NCBI GenBank assembly: GCA_964016885.1 | Contig: OZ024741.1 | Span: 314,216,001 to 314,280,000, forward strand | DNA: 64,000 bases | From: Eledone cirrhosa | Taxonomy: Eukaryota | Direction: 5' to 3' | Shown here: positions 8,401 to 22,000 of the stretch, piece after piece | Layout of the letters: each line of letters opens with the position of its first letter | Position numbering within the stretch: the first letter of the stretch is position 1 | Notes under the pieces: model-generated | What the model saw: only the letters and a program-made list of their open reading frames with translations | What the model was told of the DNA's origin: nothing | Databases searched by the model: none | Position numbers and translations under genes: made by a program

Positions 8401-11400
8401 GGGGATCAGTTTTTTATTCGTGGGGTCCGTTTTTTATTCGGGGATCAGTTTTTTATTTGGGGATTCGTTTTTTATTTGGTTGGGTCCGTTTTTTATTTGG
8501 GGCGGGTGCGTTTTTTATTCGAGGGGGATCAGTCTGTTATTTTGAGGGTCTCTTTTTTTTATATGGGTGGTTCCGATTTTATTTGGAGGTCGGTTTTTTT
8601 ATTTGGGAGGTCCGTTTATTCTTTGAGGGTCCGTTTTTTTATTTTCGCGGGCATCCGTTTTTTATTTGGAGAGGATCCATTTTTTATTTGGGCGGATCCG
8701 TATTTTATTTGGGAGTGTCCGTTATTTATTTAGGGGTATACGTTATTTGTTTGAAGACGTACGTTTTTTATTTGGGGGCATACGTTTTTTATTTGGGGGG
8801 TCCGTTTTTTTATTTTGAGGGGATCCGTTTTTTACTTGAGGGCGCTTGTTTTTTGTTTGGGGTCCGTTTTTATTTGGGGTGGATCCGTTTTTTAATTGGG
8901 GTTCCGTTTTTTTTTATTTTGAGGATCTGTATTTTATTTGGGGGATCCGTTTTTATTTTGGGGTGTTTTTTTTATTTGGGTGGTCCGTTTTTTTCCTTTG
9001 GGTTCCGTTTATTTTATTTGGGGGGATCCGTTTTTATTTAGGGGATCCGTTTTTCATTTGGGGGGGGTCTATTTTTTATTTGGGCTGGACCCGTTTTTCA
9101 TCGGGGGATGCGTTTTTTTATTTGGGGCGCATTAGTTTTTTTTATTTAGGGAGTCCGTTTTATATTCGGGGGATCCGTTTTTCATTTGGGGGATTGTACT
9201 TTATTTTTGGGGTCCGTTTTTTTATTTTAGGAGTCGATTTTTTATTGGGGTGGTACGTTTATTATTTGGCGGTCCGGTTTTTTATTTTGAGGGGATCCGT
9301 TTTTTATTTGGAGGGATAAGTTTTTTATTTGGGGGCATCCGATTTTTATTTGGAGGGGTTACATTATTTATTTGGGGATCCTTTTTTATTTGGGTGTTCA
9401 GTTCATTATTTGGGCGGGACCCGTCTTTTATTTGGGGGACTGTTTTTTATTTGGGGGTCAGTTTTTTATTTGGGTGGGACCCGTTTTTTTATTTTGAGGA
9501 TCCGTTTTTTATTTGGAATGTCTGTTTTTATTTGGGGGATTCGGTTTTTTATTTGGGGGATACTTTTTTGTTTGGGGTGTCCATTTTTTTGTTTTGGGGG
9601 ATCTCTTTTTTTTATTTGTGGGGATCGTTTTTTTTATTTTGAGGAGATCCGTTTTTATTTGGTGTATCATTTTTGGGGGGTGGAGGGGGGTCCGTTTTAT
9701 TATTTTAGGGGGATCCGTTTTTTATTTGGGTTTCCGTTTATTATTTGGGCGGGTCCCGTATTTTATTTGGCGGTCCGTTTTTTATTAGGGGCGTTCCAAT
9801 TTTATTTGGGGGGTCACATTTTTTATTTGGGTGGGACCCGTTTTTTATTTTGGGATCCGGTTCTAATTTGGGGGATCGGTTTTTTTATTTGGGATGTTCG
9901 TTTTTTATTTGGGGGATTCAGTTTTTTATTTGGGGAATACGCTTTTGTTTGGGGTGTCCATTTTTTTTGTTTTTGGGTATCTCATTTTTATTTTGGGGGA
10001 TCCGTTTTTGTTTGGGTTGTCCATTTTTTTGTTTTTGGGGATCTCTTTTTTAATTTGGTGATTGTTTTTTTTATTTTGAGGGGATCCGTTTTTTATTTTT
10101 CGGTATCTCTTTTTATTTGGGGGGATCCGTTTTATTTGTGGCGTTCAATTTTTATTTGGGGTTTCAGTTTTTTTATTTGGGTCGGACCCATTTTTTATTT
10201 TGGGGCATTCAGTTTTTTATTTGGGGGAAATGTTTGTCTTTGGGGTGTCGATTTTTATTTTTGGGGATCTTTTTTATTTTGGGGGATCCGTTTTTGTTTG
10301 GGGTGTCCATTTTTTGTTTCGGGGGAGATCTCTTTTATATTTGGGGTGATCGGTTTTTTTTATTTTGATGGGATTTGTTTTTTATTTGGGGTATCTTTTT
10401 TTTGGGGGGGGGCGTTTTTATTTTGGAGGATCTGTTTTTATTTGGGGCGGATCCATTTTTTACTTGAGGGATCGGATTTTTATTTGGGCATCCTTTTATT
10501 ATTTGGGGCGTTCCAATTTTTATTCGGGGGTTCAGTTTTTTGGGGGGTCGGTCCCGTGTTTTATTTTGGGGATCCGTTTTTTATTTGGGATGTCCGTTTT
10601 TTATTTGGGGGATTCAGTTTTTTATTTGGTGGATACATACGTTTTTGTTTGGGATCTCCATTTTTTTTATTTTGGGGGATCGCTATTTTATTTGGGGATC
10701 GGTATTTTATTTTGAGGGGATCCGTTTTTTATTTGGTGTATCGTTTTTTTTAGGGGGGGGTCCGTTTTCTTATTTTGGGGGGATCCGTTTATATTTGGGG
10801 CGGATCCATTTTTTATTTGAGGGATCGGTTTTTTATTTGGGGGTCCATTTTTTATTTGGGATCTCCGTTTTTTATTTGAGGGATTCAGTTTTTTATTTGG
10901 GGGATACGTTTTTGTTTGGGGTGTCAATTTTTTTGTTTTTGTGGATCTCTTTTTTATTTGGGGTGATCAGTTTTTTATTTTGAGGGGATCCGTTTTTTAT
11001 TTTTCGGGATCTCTTTTTATTTGGGGGGATCCGTTTTATTTGGGGCTTTCCAATTTTTATTTGGGGTTCAGTTATTTTATTTGGGTCGGACCCGTTTTTT
11101 ATTTTGGGGCATTCAGTTTTTTATTTGGGGGATATGTTTGTCTTTGGGGTGTGGTTTTTTTTATTTTTGGGGATCTCTTTTTTATTTTGGGGGATCCGTT
11201 TTTGTTTGGGGTGTCCATTTTTTTGTTTTGGGGGATCTCTTTTTTATTTGGGGTGATCGGTTTTTTCTTTTGATGGGATCTGTTTTTATTTGGGGTATCT
11301 TTTTTTTTGGGGGGGGGGCTCAAATTTTTATTTGGGGGTCAGTTTTGGGGGGGTTCGGACACGTGTTTTATTTTGGGGATCCGTTTTTTATTTGGGGGAT

Positions 11401-12199
11401 CCGTTTTTTATTTGGGATGTCCGTTTTTTATTTGGGGGTTTCAGTTTTTTATTTGGCGGATACATACGTTTTTGTTTGGAATCTCCATTTTTTATTTTTG
11501 GGATCTCTTTTTTATTTTGTGGGAACCGTTTTCGTTTGGGGTGTCCATTTTTTGTTTTGGGGGATCTCTATTTTATTTGGGGATCGGTTTTTTATTTTGA
11601 GGTGATCCGTTTTTTATTTGGTGTATTGTTTTGGGGGGGGGGTCCGTTTTCTTATTTTGGGGGGATCCGTTTTTATTTGGGGCGTATCCATTTTTTATTT
11701 GAGGGATCGGTTTTTTATTTGGGGGTCCATTTTTTATTTGGGGCGTTCCAATTTTTATTTGGGTGGTCAGTTATTTATTTGGGTGGGATCCTTTTTTTAT
11801 TTGGGGGACCCGTTTTTTATTTGGGGGATCCGTTTTTTATTTGTGATCTCCGTTTTTTATTTGAGGGATTCAGTTTTTTATTTGGGGGATACGTTTTTGT
11901 TTGGGGTGTCCATTTTTTTTGTTTTTGTGGATCTCTTTTTTATTTGGGTGAATGGTTTTTTATTTTGAGGGGATCCGTTTTTTATTTTTCCGGATTTCTT
12001 TTTATTTGGGGGGATCCGTTTTATTTGGGGCGTTCAGTTTTTTTATTTGGGTCGGACCCGTTTTTTATTTTGTCGGTCCGTTTTTTATTTAGAGGATCCG
12101 TTTATTATTTGGGATGTCCGTTTTTTATTTGGGGGATTCAGTTTTTTAATTGGGGGATACGTTTGTATTTGGGTGTCGATTTTTTATTTTTGGTGATCC

Positions 12200-15100
12200 C
12201 TTTTTTATTTTGGGGATCGGTTTTTTTTATTTTAAGGGGATCCGTTTTTTATTTGGGGTATCTTTTTGGGGGGTGGTGGTCCGTTTTTTATTTTGGGGGT
12301 ATCCGTTTTTATTTGGGGCGGATTCATTTTTTATTTGAGGCATCGGTTTTTTATTTGGGGCGGGGGTAAAGTATTCTCTTTGGGCGCGATCCGTTTTTTT
12401 TGGGGGGAGGGGCGGTTTTTTTATTTCGGATTTCATTTTTTATATTTGGGGTCCGTTTTTTATACTTTGGGGTCCTTTTTTTATTCAGTGGAGATCCGTT
12501 TTTATATTAAGAGGGGTTACGTTTTTTATTTAAGTGGGTCAGTTTTTTGTTTGGGTGTCCATTTTGGGTGTCCATTTTTTATTTGGGGTTATCCATACTT
12601 TCTTGGGGGTCCCGTTTTTTATTTGGGAGGATCCGTTTTTCATTTGGATGGGATCCGTATTCTATTGGGGTGGGGCCTGTTTTTTATTTGGGGGTCCGTT
12701 TTTTATTTGGCGGGATCCGTTTTTTATTTGGGCGGGATCCATTTTTTATTTGGGTGTCCGTTTTATGTGGGCGGTACATTTTTTATATGGGGGGCATTCG
12801 TTTATATATGAAGGTAATCCGTTTTTAGATGGGGTTTCCGTTTTTCATTTGGCGGGTGTCCATATTTTATCTAGCGTGATGCGTTTTTCATTTGGAGGGG
12901 ATTCGTTTTATATTTGTGGGGTCCATTTTTTATTTGGGTTTTCCGTTTATTATTTGGGCGGGACCCGTCTTTTATTTGGTGTCCGTTTTTTATTTGGGGC
13001 TTTCCAATTTTTATTTGGGGGGTCAGTTTTTTATTTGGCGTGGGACCGGCTTTTTATTTTGTGGATCCGTTTTTCATTTGGGGGAACTGTTTTTTTTTTT
13101 TTTGAGTCCATTTTTTTGTTTTGGGGGAACTCTTTTCAATTGGGGGCATCGGTTTTTTATTTTGAGGGGATCCGTTTTTTATTTGGGGTATCGTTTTTTG
13201 GGGGGGTGGTCCGTTTTTTTATTTTGGGGGGGATCCGTTTTTATTTGGGGCGGATCTATTTTTTATTTGAGGGATCGGATTTTTATTTGGGCGTCCGTGT
13301 TTTATTTGGGGCGTTCCAATTTTTATTTGGGTAGTCAGTCTTTTGGGGTGTCGGACCCTTTTTCTATTTTGGGGATCCGTTTTTTATTTGGGATGTCCGT
13401 TTTTTATTTGGGGGATTCAGTTTTTTATTTGGGGGATACGTTTTTGTTTGGGGTGCCCATTTTTTTTATTTTTGGAGATCTCTTTTTTATTTTGGGGGAT
13501 TCGTTTTTGTTTGGGGTGTGCATTTTTGGTTTTGGGGGATTTGCTTTTTGTTTGGGGGATCGGTTTTTTTATTTGGAGGGATCCGTTTTTTATTTGGGGT
13601 ATCGTTTTTTTGGGGTGGGTCCGTTTTCTTATTTTGGGGGATCCGTTTTTATTTGGGGCGGATGCATTTTTTATTTGAGGGATCGGTTTTTATTTGAGGT
13701 TCCGTTTTTTAATTGGGGCGTTCCAATTTTAATTTGTGGTGGTCCGTTTTTTATTTGGGGGATTCGTTTTTTATTTGAGGGATCCGTTTTTTATTTGGGA
13801 TGTCCGTTTTTTATTTGGGGGATACGTTTTTGTTTGGGGTGTCCATTTTTTATTTTGGGGGATTCGTTTTTGTTTGGTGTGTCCATTTTTTTGTTTTTGG
13901 GGATCTCTTTTTTATATGTGGTGATCGGTTTTTTATTTTGAGGGGATCCGTTTTTCATTTGGGTATCGTTTTTTAGAGGGGGGAGGGCGTTTTTGAATTT
14001 GGGGGGATCCGTTTTTATTTGGGGGCGTTCCAATTCTTATTTGGGGGTTCAGTTTTTTATTTGGGTCGGACCCGTTTTTTATTTTGGGGATCCGTTTTTT
14101 TATTTAGGGGATCCGTTTATTATTTGGGATGTCCGTTTTTTATTTGTTGGATTCAGATTTTTATTTGGAGGATACCTTTGTGTTTGGGGGGTCAATTTTT
14201 GTTTTGGGGCATCTTTTTTTATTTAGGGGTATCGGTTTTTATTTTGAGGGGATCCGTTTTTTATTTTTCGGGTTTCCTTTTTATTTGGGGGGGATCCGTT
14301 TTATTTGGGGCGTTCAGTTTTTTTATTTGGGTCGGACCCGTTTTTTATTTTGTCGATCCGTTTTTTATTTAGGGGATCCGTTTATTAATTGGGATTGCCG
14401 TTTTTTATTTGGGGGATTCAGTTTTTTAATTGGGGGATACGTTTGTGTTTGGGGTGTCGATTTTTTTTATTTTTGGGGATCCCTTTTTTATTTTGGGGGA
14501 TCGATTTTTTATTTTAAGGGGATCCTTTTTTTATTTGGGGTATCTTTTTTTGGGAGGGTGGTCCGTTTTTTTATTTTGGGGGGATCCGTTTTTATTTGGG
14601 GCGGATCCATTTTTTATTTGAGGCATCATTTTTTATTTGGGGCGGGGGTAAAGTATTCTCTTTGGGCGCGATCCATTTTTTTTGGGGGGGGGGCGTCGGT
14701 GTTTTAATTTCGGATTTCATTTTTTATATTTGGGGTCCGTTTTTTATACTTTGGGGTCCGTTTTTTATTCGGTGGAGATCCGTTTTTATATTAAGAGTGG
14801 TTACGTTTTTTATTTAAGTGGGTCAGTTTTTTATTTGGGGGATACATATTTTATTTAGGGTCTGATTTTTCATTTTGGGTGTCAGTTTTTTATTTGGTGG
14901 GTGGGTGTCAGTTTTTTATTTGGGGCACGATTTTTTATTTAGGGTATTCCTTTTTTAATTTGGGGTCCGTTTTTAATATTTGGACTCCGTTTTTATTTTG
15001 AGGGGATCCCTGTTTTATAATGGGGATTCGGTTTTTTGTTTGGGTGTCCATTTTGGGTGTCCATTTTTTATTTGGGGTTATCCATATTTTCTTGGGGGTC

Positions 15101-18100
15101 CCGTTTTTTATTTGGGAGGATCCGTTTTTCATTTGGAGGGGATCCGTATTCTATTTGGGGTGGGGCCTGTTTTTTATTTGGGGATCCGTTTTTTATTTGG
15201 AGGGATCCGTTTTTATTTGGGCGGGACCCATTTTTTATTTGGGTGTCCGTTTTATGGGGGCTGTAAATTTTTTATATAGGGGGCATTCGTTTATATTTCA
15301 AGGTAATCCGTTTTTAGATGGGGTTTCCGTTTTTCATTTGGCGCGTGTCCATCTTTTATCTGGCAGGATGCGTTTTTCATTTGGAGGGGATTCGTTTTAT
15401 ATTTGTGGGATCCGTTTTTTATTTGGGTTTTCCGTTTATTATTTGGGCGGGACCCGTCTTTTATTTGGGGTCCGTTTTTTATTTGGGGCTTTCCAATTTT
15501 TATTTGGGGGTCAGTTTTTTATTTGGCGTGGGACAGGCTTTTTATTTTGTGGATCCGTTTTTCATTTGGGGGAACTGTTTTTTTTTTGTTTGGGGAGTCC
15601 GTTTTTGTTTTGGGGGAACTCTTTTCAATTGGGGGCATCGGTTTTTTATTTTGAGGGATCCGTTTTTTATTTGGGGTATCGTTTTTTTTTTTGGGGGGGG
15701 GGGTCCGTTTTTTTATTTTGGGGGGATCCGTTTTTATTTGGGGCGGATCTATTTTTTATTTGAGGGATCGGATATTTATTTGGGCGTCCGTGTTTTATTT
15801 GGGGCGTTCCAATTTTTATTTGGATAGTCAGTCTTTTGGGGTGTCGGACCCTTTTTCTATTTTGGTGATCCGTTTTTTATTTGGGATGTCCGTTTTTTAT
15901 TTGGGGGATTCAGTTTTTATTTGGGGGATACCTTTTTGTTTGGGGTGTCCATTTTTTTATTTTTGGGGATTTCTTTTTTATTTTTGTGGATTCGTTTTTG
16001 TTTGGGTTGTGCATTTTTAGTTTTGGGGGATTTTTTTTTTGTTTGGGGGATCGGTTTTTTTATTTGGAGGGATCCGTTTTTTGTTTGGGGTATCGTTTTT
16101 TTGGGGTGGGTCCGTTTTCTTATTTTGGGGGATCCGTTTTTATTTGGGGCGGATCCATTTTTATTTGTGAGGGTCCGTTTTTTATTTGGGTGGGGCTCTT
16201 TTTTTATTTGGGGGATCCGTTTTTTATTTGAGGGATCCGTTTTTTATTTGGGGTATTCAGTTTTTTATTTGGGGGATACGTTTTTGTTTGGGGTGTCCAT
16301 TTATTTTTATTTTTGGGGATCTCTTTTTTATTTTGGGGGATTCGTTTTTGTTTGGGGTGTGCATTTTTGGTTTTGTGGGATTTTTTTTTTGTTTGGGGGA
16401 TCGGTTTTTTTATTTGGAGGGATCCGTTTTTTATTTGGGGGATCCGTTTTTTATTTGAGGGATCCGTTTTTTATTTGGGATGTCCGTTTTTTATTTGGGG
16501 GATACGTTTTTGTTTGGGGTGTCCATTTTTTATTTTTGGGGATCTCTTTTTTATTTTGGGGATTCGTTTTTGTTTGGTGTGTCCATTTTTTGTTTTGGGG
16601 GATCTCTTTTTTATATGGGGTGATCGGTTTTTTATTTTGAGGGGATCCGTTTTTTATTTGGGGGATTCAGTTTTGTATTTGGGGGATACGTTTGTGTTTG
16701 GGGGGTACATTTTTTTGTTTTTCTGGGTCTATTTCTATTTGGGGGGATCAGTTTTTTATTTTGGGGATCCTTTTATTGTTCGGGATGTCCGTTTTTTATT
16801 TGGGGGATTCAGTTATTTATTTGGGGGTTACGTTTGTGTTTGAGTTGTGTCGATTTTTAATTTTTGGGGATCTCTTTTTTAATTTGGGGGATCCGTTTTT
16901 GTTTGGGATGTTCATTTTTTGTTTTGAGGGACCTCTTTTTTATTTGGGATGATCGGTTCTTTTATTTTGAGGGGATCCGTTTTTTATTTGGGGTATCGTT
17001 TTTTGGGAGGGTGGTTCGCTTTTTATATTGGGGGATCCGTTATTATTTTGGGCGGATCCATTTTTTATTTGAGCATCGATTTTTAATTGGGGAGGGGGGT
17101 AAAATGTTCTCTTTGGGTGCGATTCGTTTTTTTGGGGGGTGGGTCGGTTTTTTATTTCGGATATCGTTTTTCATATTTGGGTCCGTTTTTTATACTTTGG
17201 GGTCCGTTTTTTATTCGGGGGAGATCCGTTTTTATATTAAGAGGGGTTACGTTTTTTTATTTAAGTGGGTCAGTATTTTATTTGGAGGAAACATATTTTA
17301 TTTAGGGTCTGTTTTTTTATTTTATGTATCAGTTTTTTATTTGGGGCACGATTATTTATTTGTAGGATTCCTTTTTTATTTTTGGGGTCCGTTTTTAATA
17401 TTTGGACTCCGTTTTTATTTTGAGGGGATCCCTTTTTTATATTGGGGGGGGTTCCGTTTTTTTGTTTGGGTGTCCATTTTGGGTCTCCATTTTTTATTTG
17501 GGGTTATCTATATTTTCTTGGGGGTTCCTTTTTTTATTTGGGGGGATCCGTTTTTTATTTGGATGGGAACCATATTCTATTGGGCTGGGACCTGTTTTTT
17601 ATTTGGGAGTCCGTTTTTTATTTGGCGGGATCCGTTTTTTATTTGGGCGGGACCCATTTTTTATTTGGGTGTCCGATTTATGGGGGGGTCAATTTTTTAT
17701 ATGGGGGGTATTCGTTTATATTTCAAGGTAATCCGTTTTTAGATGGGGTTTCCGTTTTTCATTTGGCGGGTGTCCATCTTTTATCTGGCTGGATGCGTTT
17801 TTCATTTGGAGGGGATCCTTTTTATATTTGTGGGGTCCGATTTTTATTTGGGTTTTCCGTTCATTATTTGGGCGGGACCCGTCTTTTATTTGGGGGTCCG
17901 TTTTTTATTTGTGGCTTTCCAATTTTTATTTGGGGTGTCAGTTTTTTATTTGGGGTGGGACAGATTTTTTATTTTGTGGATCCGTTTTTAATTTGCGGGA
18001 ACCGTTTTTTATTTGGGAGGTCCATTTTTTATGTGGGGGATTCAGTTTTTTATTTGGGGGATATGTTTTTGTATGGGGTGTCCATTTTTGGTTTTTAGGG

Positions 18101-19000
18101 ATCTCTTTTTTATTTGGGGGAATCCATTTATGTTTGGGGAGTCCATTTTTTGTTTTTGGGGAACTCTTTTTTATTTTGGGTATCGTTTTTTTGGGGGGAG
18201 GGGGTCCGTTTTTTATTTGGGGCGTTCCAATTTTTATTTGGGTAGTCAGTTTTTTCGGGTGTCGGACCCTTTTTCTATTTTGGGGATCCGTTTTTTATTT
18301 GGGGGGTCCGTTTTTTATTTGGGGGATTCAGTTTTTTGTTTGGGGGATACGTTTTTGTTTGGGGTGTCCATTTTTTGTTTTGGGGATCTCTTTTTGTTTG
18401 GGGGATCGGTTTTTTTATTTGGAGGGATCCGTTTTTATTTGGTGTATTGTTTTTTTGGGGGGGCGTTTTCTTATTTTGGGGGATCCGTTTTTATTTGGGG
18501 CGGATCCATTTTTTATTTGGGTCGTTCCAATTTTAATTTGGGGGGGTTCGTTTTTTATTTGGGTGGGACCCTTTTTTTATTTGAGGGATCCGTTTTTTAT
18601 TTGAGGGATCCGTTTTTTATTTGGGATGTCCGTTTTTTATTTGGGGGATACGTTTTTTATTTGGGATGTCCGTTTTTTATTTGGGGATACGTTTTTGTTT
18701 GTGGTGTCCATTTTTTTTATTTTGGGGGATCTCTTTTTTATTTAGGGGGTTTCGTTTTTGTTTGGGGTGTCCATTTTTTGTTTTGGGGGATCCAGTTTTT
18801 TATTTAGGGGATACGTTTGTATGGGAGGGTCCATTTTTTGTTTTTCGGGGTATATTTTTATTTTGAGGGATCGGATTTTTATTTTGAGGGGATCCGTTTT
18901 CTATTTGGGGTATCGTTTTTTTTGGGGGGTCCGTTTTTTTTATTTTGGGGGCATCCGGTTTTATTTGGGACGGATCTATCTTTCATTTTGAGTAGATCCA
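12200..19000 (+). repeat. Higher-order repeat block, ~2.3-2.5 kb unit, about three copies
   Basis: AAGGTAATCC at ~12811/15300/17725, TAGTCAGT...TCGGACCC at ~13332/15825/18243 and GGGTAAAGTATTCTC(-like) at ~12363/14646/17097. Confidence 0.85.
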
Positions 19001-22000
19001 TTTCATATTTGGCTGATTTTTTTTTTATATTTGGGGTCCGTTTTTAATATTTGGGCTCCATTTTTATTCGGAGTATATCCATTTTTTTTATTTTTAGGGG
19101 ATCCTTTTTTATATTGGAGTGTTCCGTTTTTTTGTTTGTGTGTCCGTTTTTATTTGGGGTTATCCAAATTTTCTTGGGAGTCCGTTTTTAATTTTGGGGA
19201 TTCAGTTTTTTATTTGGGGGATCCGTTTTCGTGTGGGGTGTCCATTTTTTGTTTTGGGGGATCTCTTTTTTATTTGGGGATCGGTTTTTTATTTTGAAGG
19301 GATCCTTTTTATATTTGTTGTTTCGTTTTTTTTTTGGGGGGGGGCGTTTTCTTATTTTGGGGGGATCCGTTTTTATTTGGGTGGTCATTTTTTTATTTGG
19401 GTGAGACCCTGCTTTTATTTGGGGGATCCGTTTTTTATTTGGGGGATCCGTTTTTTATTTGGGATGTCCGTTTTTTATTTGAGGGATTCAGTTTATTATT
19501 TGGGGGATACGTTTTTGGTTGTGGTGTCCCTTTTTGTTTTTGTGGATCTCTTTTTTATTTGGGGTGATCGGTTTTTTATTTTGTGGGGATCCGTTTTTTC
19601 ATTTTTCGGGATCTCTTTCTATTTGGGGGGATCCGTTTTATTTGGGGCGTTCCAATTTGTATTTGGGGTTCAGTTTTTTTATTTGGGTCAGACCCGTTTT
19701 TTATTTTGGGGATTCGTTTTTTGTTAAGGGGATCCGTTTATTATTTGGGATATCCGTTTTTTATTTGTGAGATTCAGTTTTTTATTTGGGGGATACGTTT
19801 GTGTTTGGGGTGTCCATTTTTAATTTTGCGGATCTTTTATTTTGGGGATCAGTTTTTTTATTTTAAGGGGATCCGTTTTTTATTTAGGTTATCGTTTTTT
19901 TTGGCGGGGGTCCGTTTTTTATTTTGGGGTCTCCGTTTTTATTTGGGGCGGATCCATTTTTTATTTGAGGCATCGGCATTTTATTTGGGGGTCCGACTTT
20001 TATTTGGGGGGTCCGCTTTTTATTTAGAGGGATGCGTTTTAGTTTGGGGGATCCGTTCTTTATTGGGGGGGGTAAAGTATTCTCTTTGGGCGCAATACGT
20101 TTTTTTGGGGGGGAGTCGGTTTTTATTTCGGATTTCGTTTTTTATATTTGGGGTCCGTTTTTTATACTTTGGGGTCCGTTTTTTATTCGGGAGAGATCCG
20201 TTTTTATATTAAGAGGGGATACGTTTTTTATTTGAGATGTCCGTTTTTTATTTGGGGAATTCAGTTTTTTATGTAGGGGATACGTTTGTGTTTGGGGGGG
20301 GGCATTTTTTGTTTTTCGGGGTCTATTTTTATTTGGGGGATCGGTTTTTTATTTTGTGGGGATCCGTTTTCTATTTGGGGTATCGTTTTTTTGGGGGGGG
20401 TCCGTTTTCTTATTTTGGGGGTATCCGGTTTTATTTGGGACGGATCCATTTTTCATTTTGAGTAGATCCATTTCATATTTGGCTGATGGTTTTTTTTATT
20501 TTTGGGGTCCGTTTTTAATATTTGGGCTCCATTTTTATTCGGAGGGTATCGGTTTTTTTTATTTTTAGGGGATCCCCTTTTTATATTGGGGGGTTCCGTT
20601 TTTTTGTTTGGGTGTCCGTTTTTATTTGGGGTTATCCAAATTTTCTTGGGGGGTCCGTTTTTTATTTGGGGGATTCAGTTTTTTATTTGGGGTCTCCATT
20701 TTTTTATTTTTGGGTATCTCTTTTTTATTTGGGGGATCCGTTTTCGTGTGGGGTGTCCACTTTTTGTTTTGGGGATCCCTTTTTTATTTGGGGATCGGTT
20801 TTTTATTTTCGAGGGATCCGTTTTTTATTTGTTGTATCGTTTTTTGGGGGGAGTGTCCGTTATCTTATTTTGCGGGTTCCGTTTTTATTTGGGGCGGATC
20901 CATTTTTTATTTGAGGGATCGGTTTTTTATTTGGTGGTACGTTTTTTATTTGGGGCGTTCCAATTTTTATTTGGGTGGTCAGTTTTTTATTTGGGTGGGA
21001 CCCTTTTTTTATTTGGGGGATCCGTTTTTTATTTGGGGGATCCGCTTTTTATTTGGGATGTCCGTTTTATATTTGAGGGATTCAGTTTTTTATTTGGGTG
21101 ATACGTTTTTGGTTGGGGTGTCTATTTTTTTTATTTTGGGGGATCTTTTATTTTGGGGGATCCGTTTTCGTTTGGGGTGTCCATTTTTGGTTTTGGGGAT
21201 CTCTTTTTTATTTGGGGTGATCGGTTTTTTATTTTGAGGGGATCTATTTTTTATTTGGTGTATCGTTTTTTTTGGCGGGCGTCGGTTTTTTATTTTGGGG
21301 GGATCCGTTTTTTGGGGGGGACGGATCCATTTTTTATTTGAGGCATCGGTATTTTATTTGGGGCTCCGACTTTTCTTTGTGGGTCCGCTTTTTATTTAGA
21401 GGGATGCGTTTTAGTTTGGGGGATCCGTTTTTTTTTGGGGGGGGGGTAAAGTATTCTCTTTGGGCGCGATACGTTTTGGGGGGGAGGAGGAGGGGCGGTG
21501 TTTATTCCGGATTTTGTTTTCTATATTTGGGGTCCGTTTTTTATACTTTGGGGTCCGTTTTTTATTCGGAGGAGTTCCGTTTTTATATTAAGAGGGGATA
21601 CGTTTTTTTTATTTAAGTGGGTCAGTTTTTTATTTGGGGGCATACATATTTTATTTAGGGGTCTGTTTTTTTTATTTTAGGTGGGTTTTTTTTATTTGAG
21701 GGGTGGGAGTCAGTTTTTTATTTGGGGCACGTTTTTTTATTTGGGTGGTCCGTTTTTCATTTGGGGTGGTTCGTTTTTTATTTGGGGGATACGTTTTTGT
21801 TTGGGGTGTCAGTTTTTTCTTTGTTTGTATCCAGTTTTATTTGGGAGAATCCGTTTTTCATTTTCAGAGGATCCGTTTTATATTTGGGGGATTCCTTTTT
21901 TATTTTTGGGCTCCGTTTTTAATATTTGGACTCCGTTTTTATTTTGAGGGGATCCCTTTTTTATATTGGTGGGTTTCGTTTTTTTGTTTGGGTGTCCATT

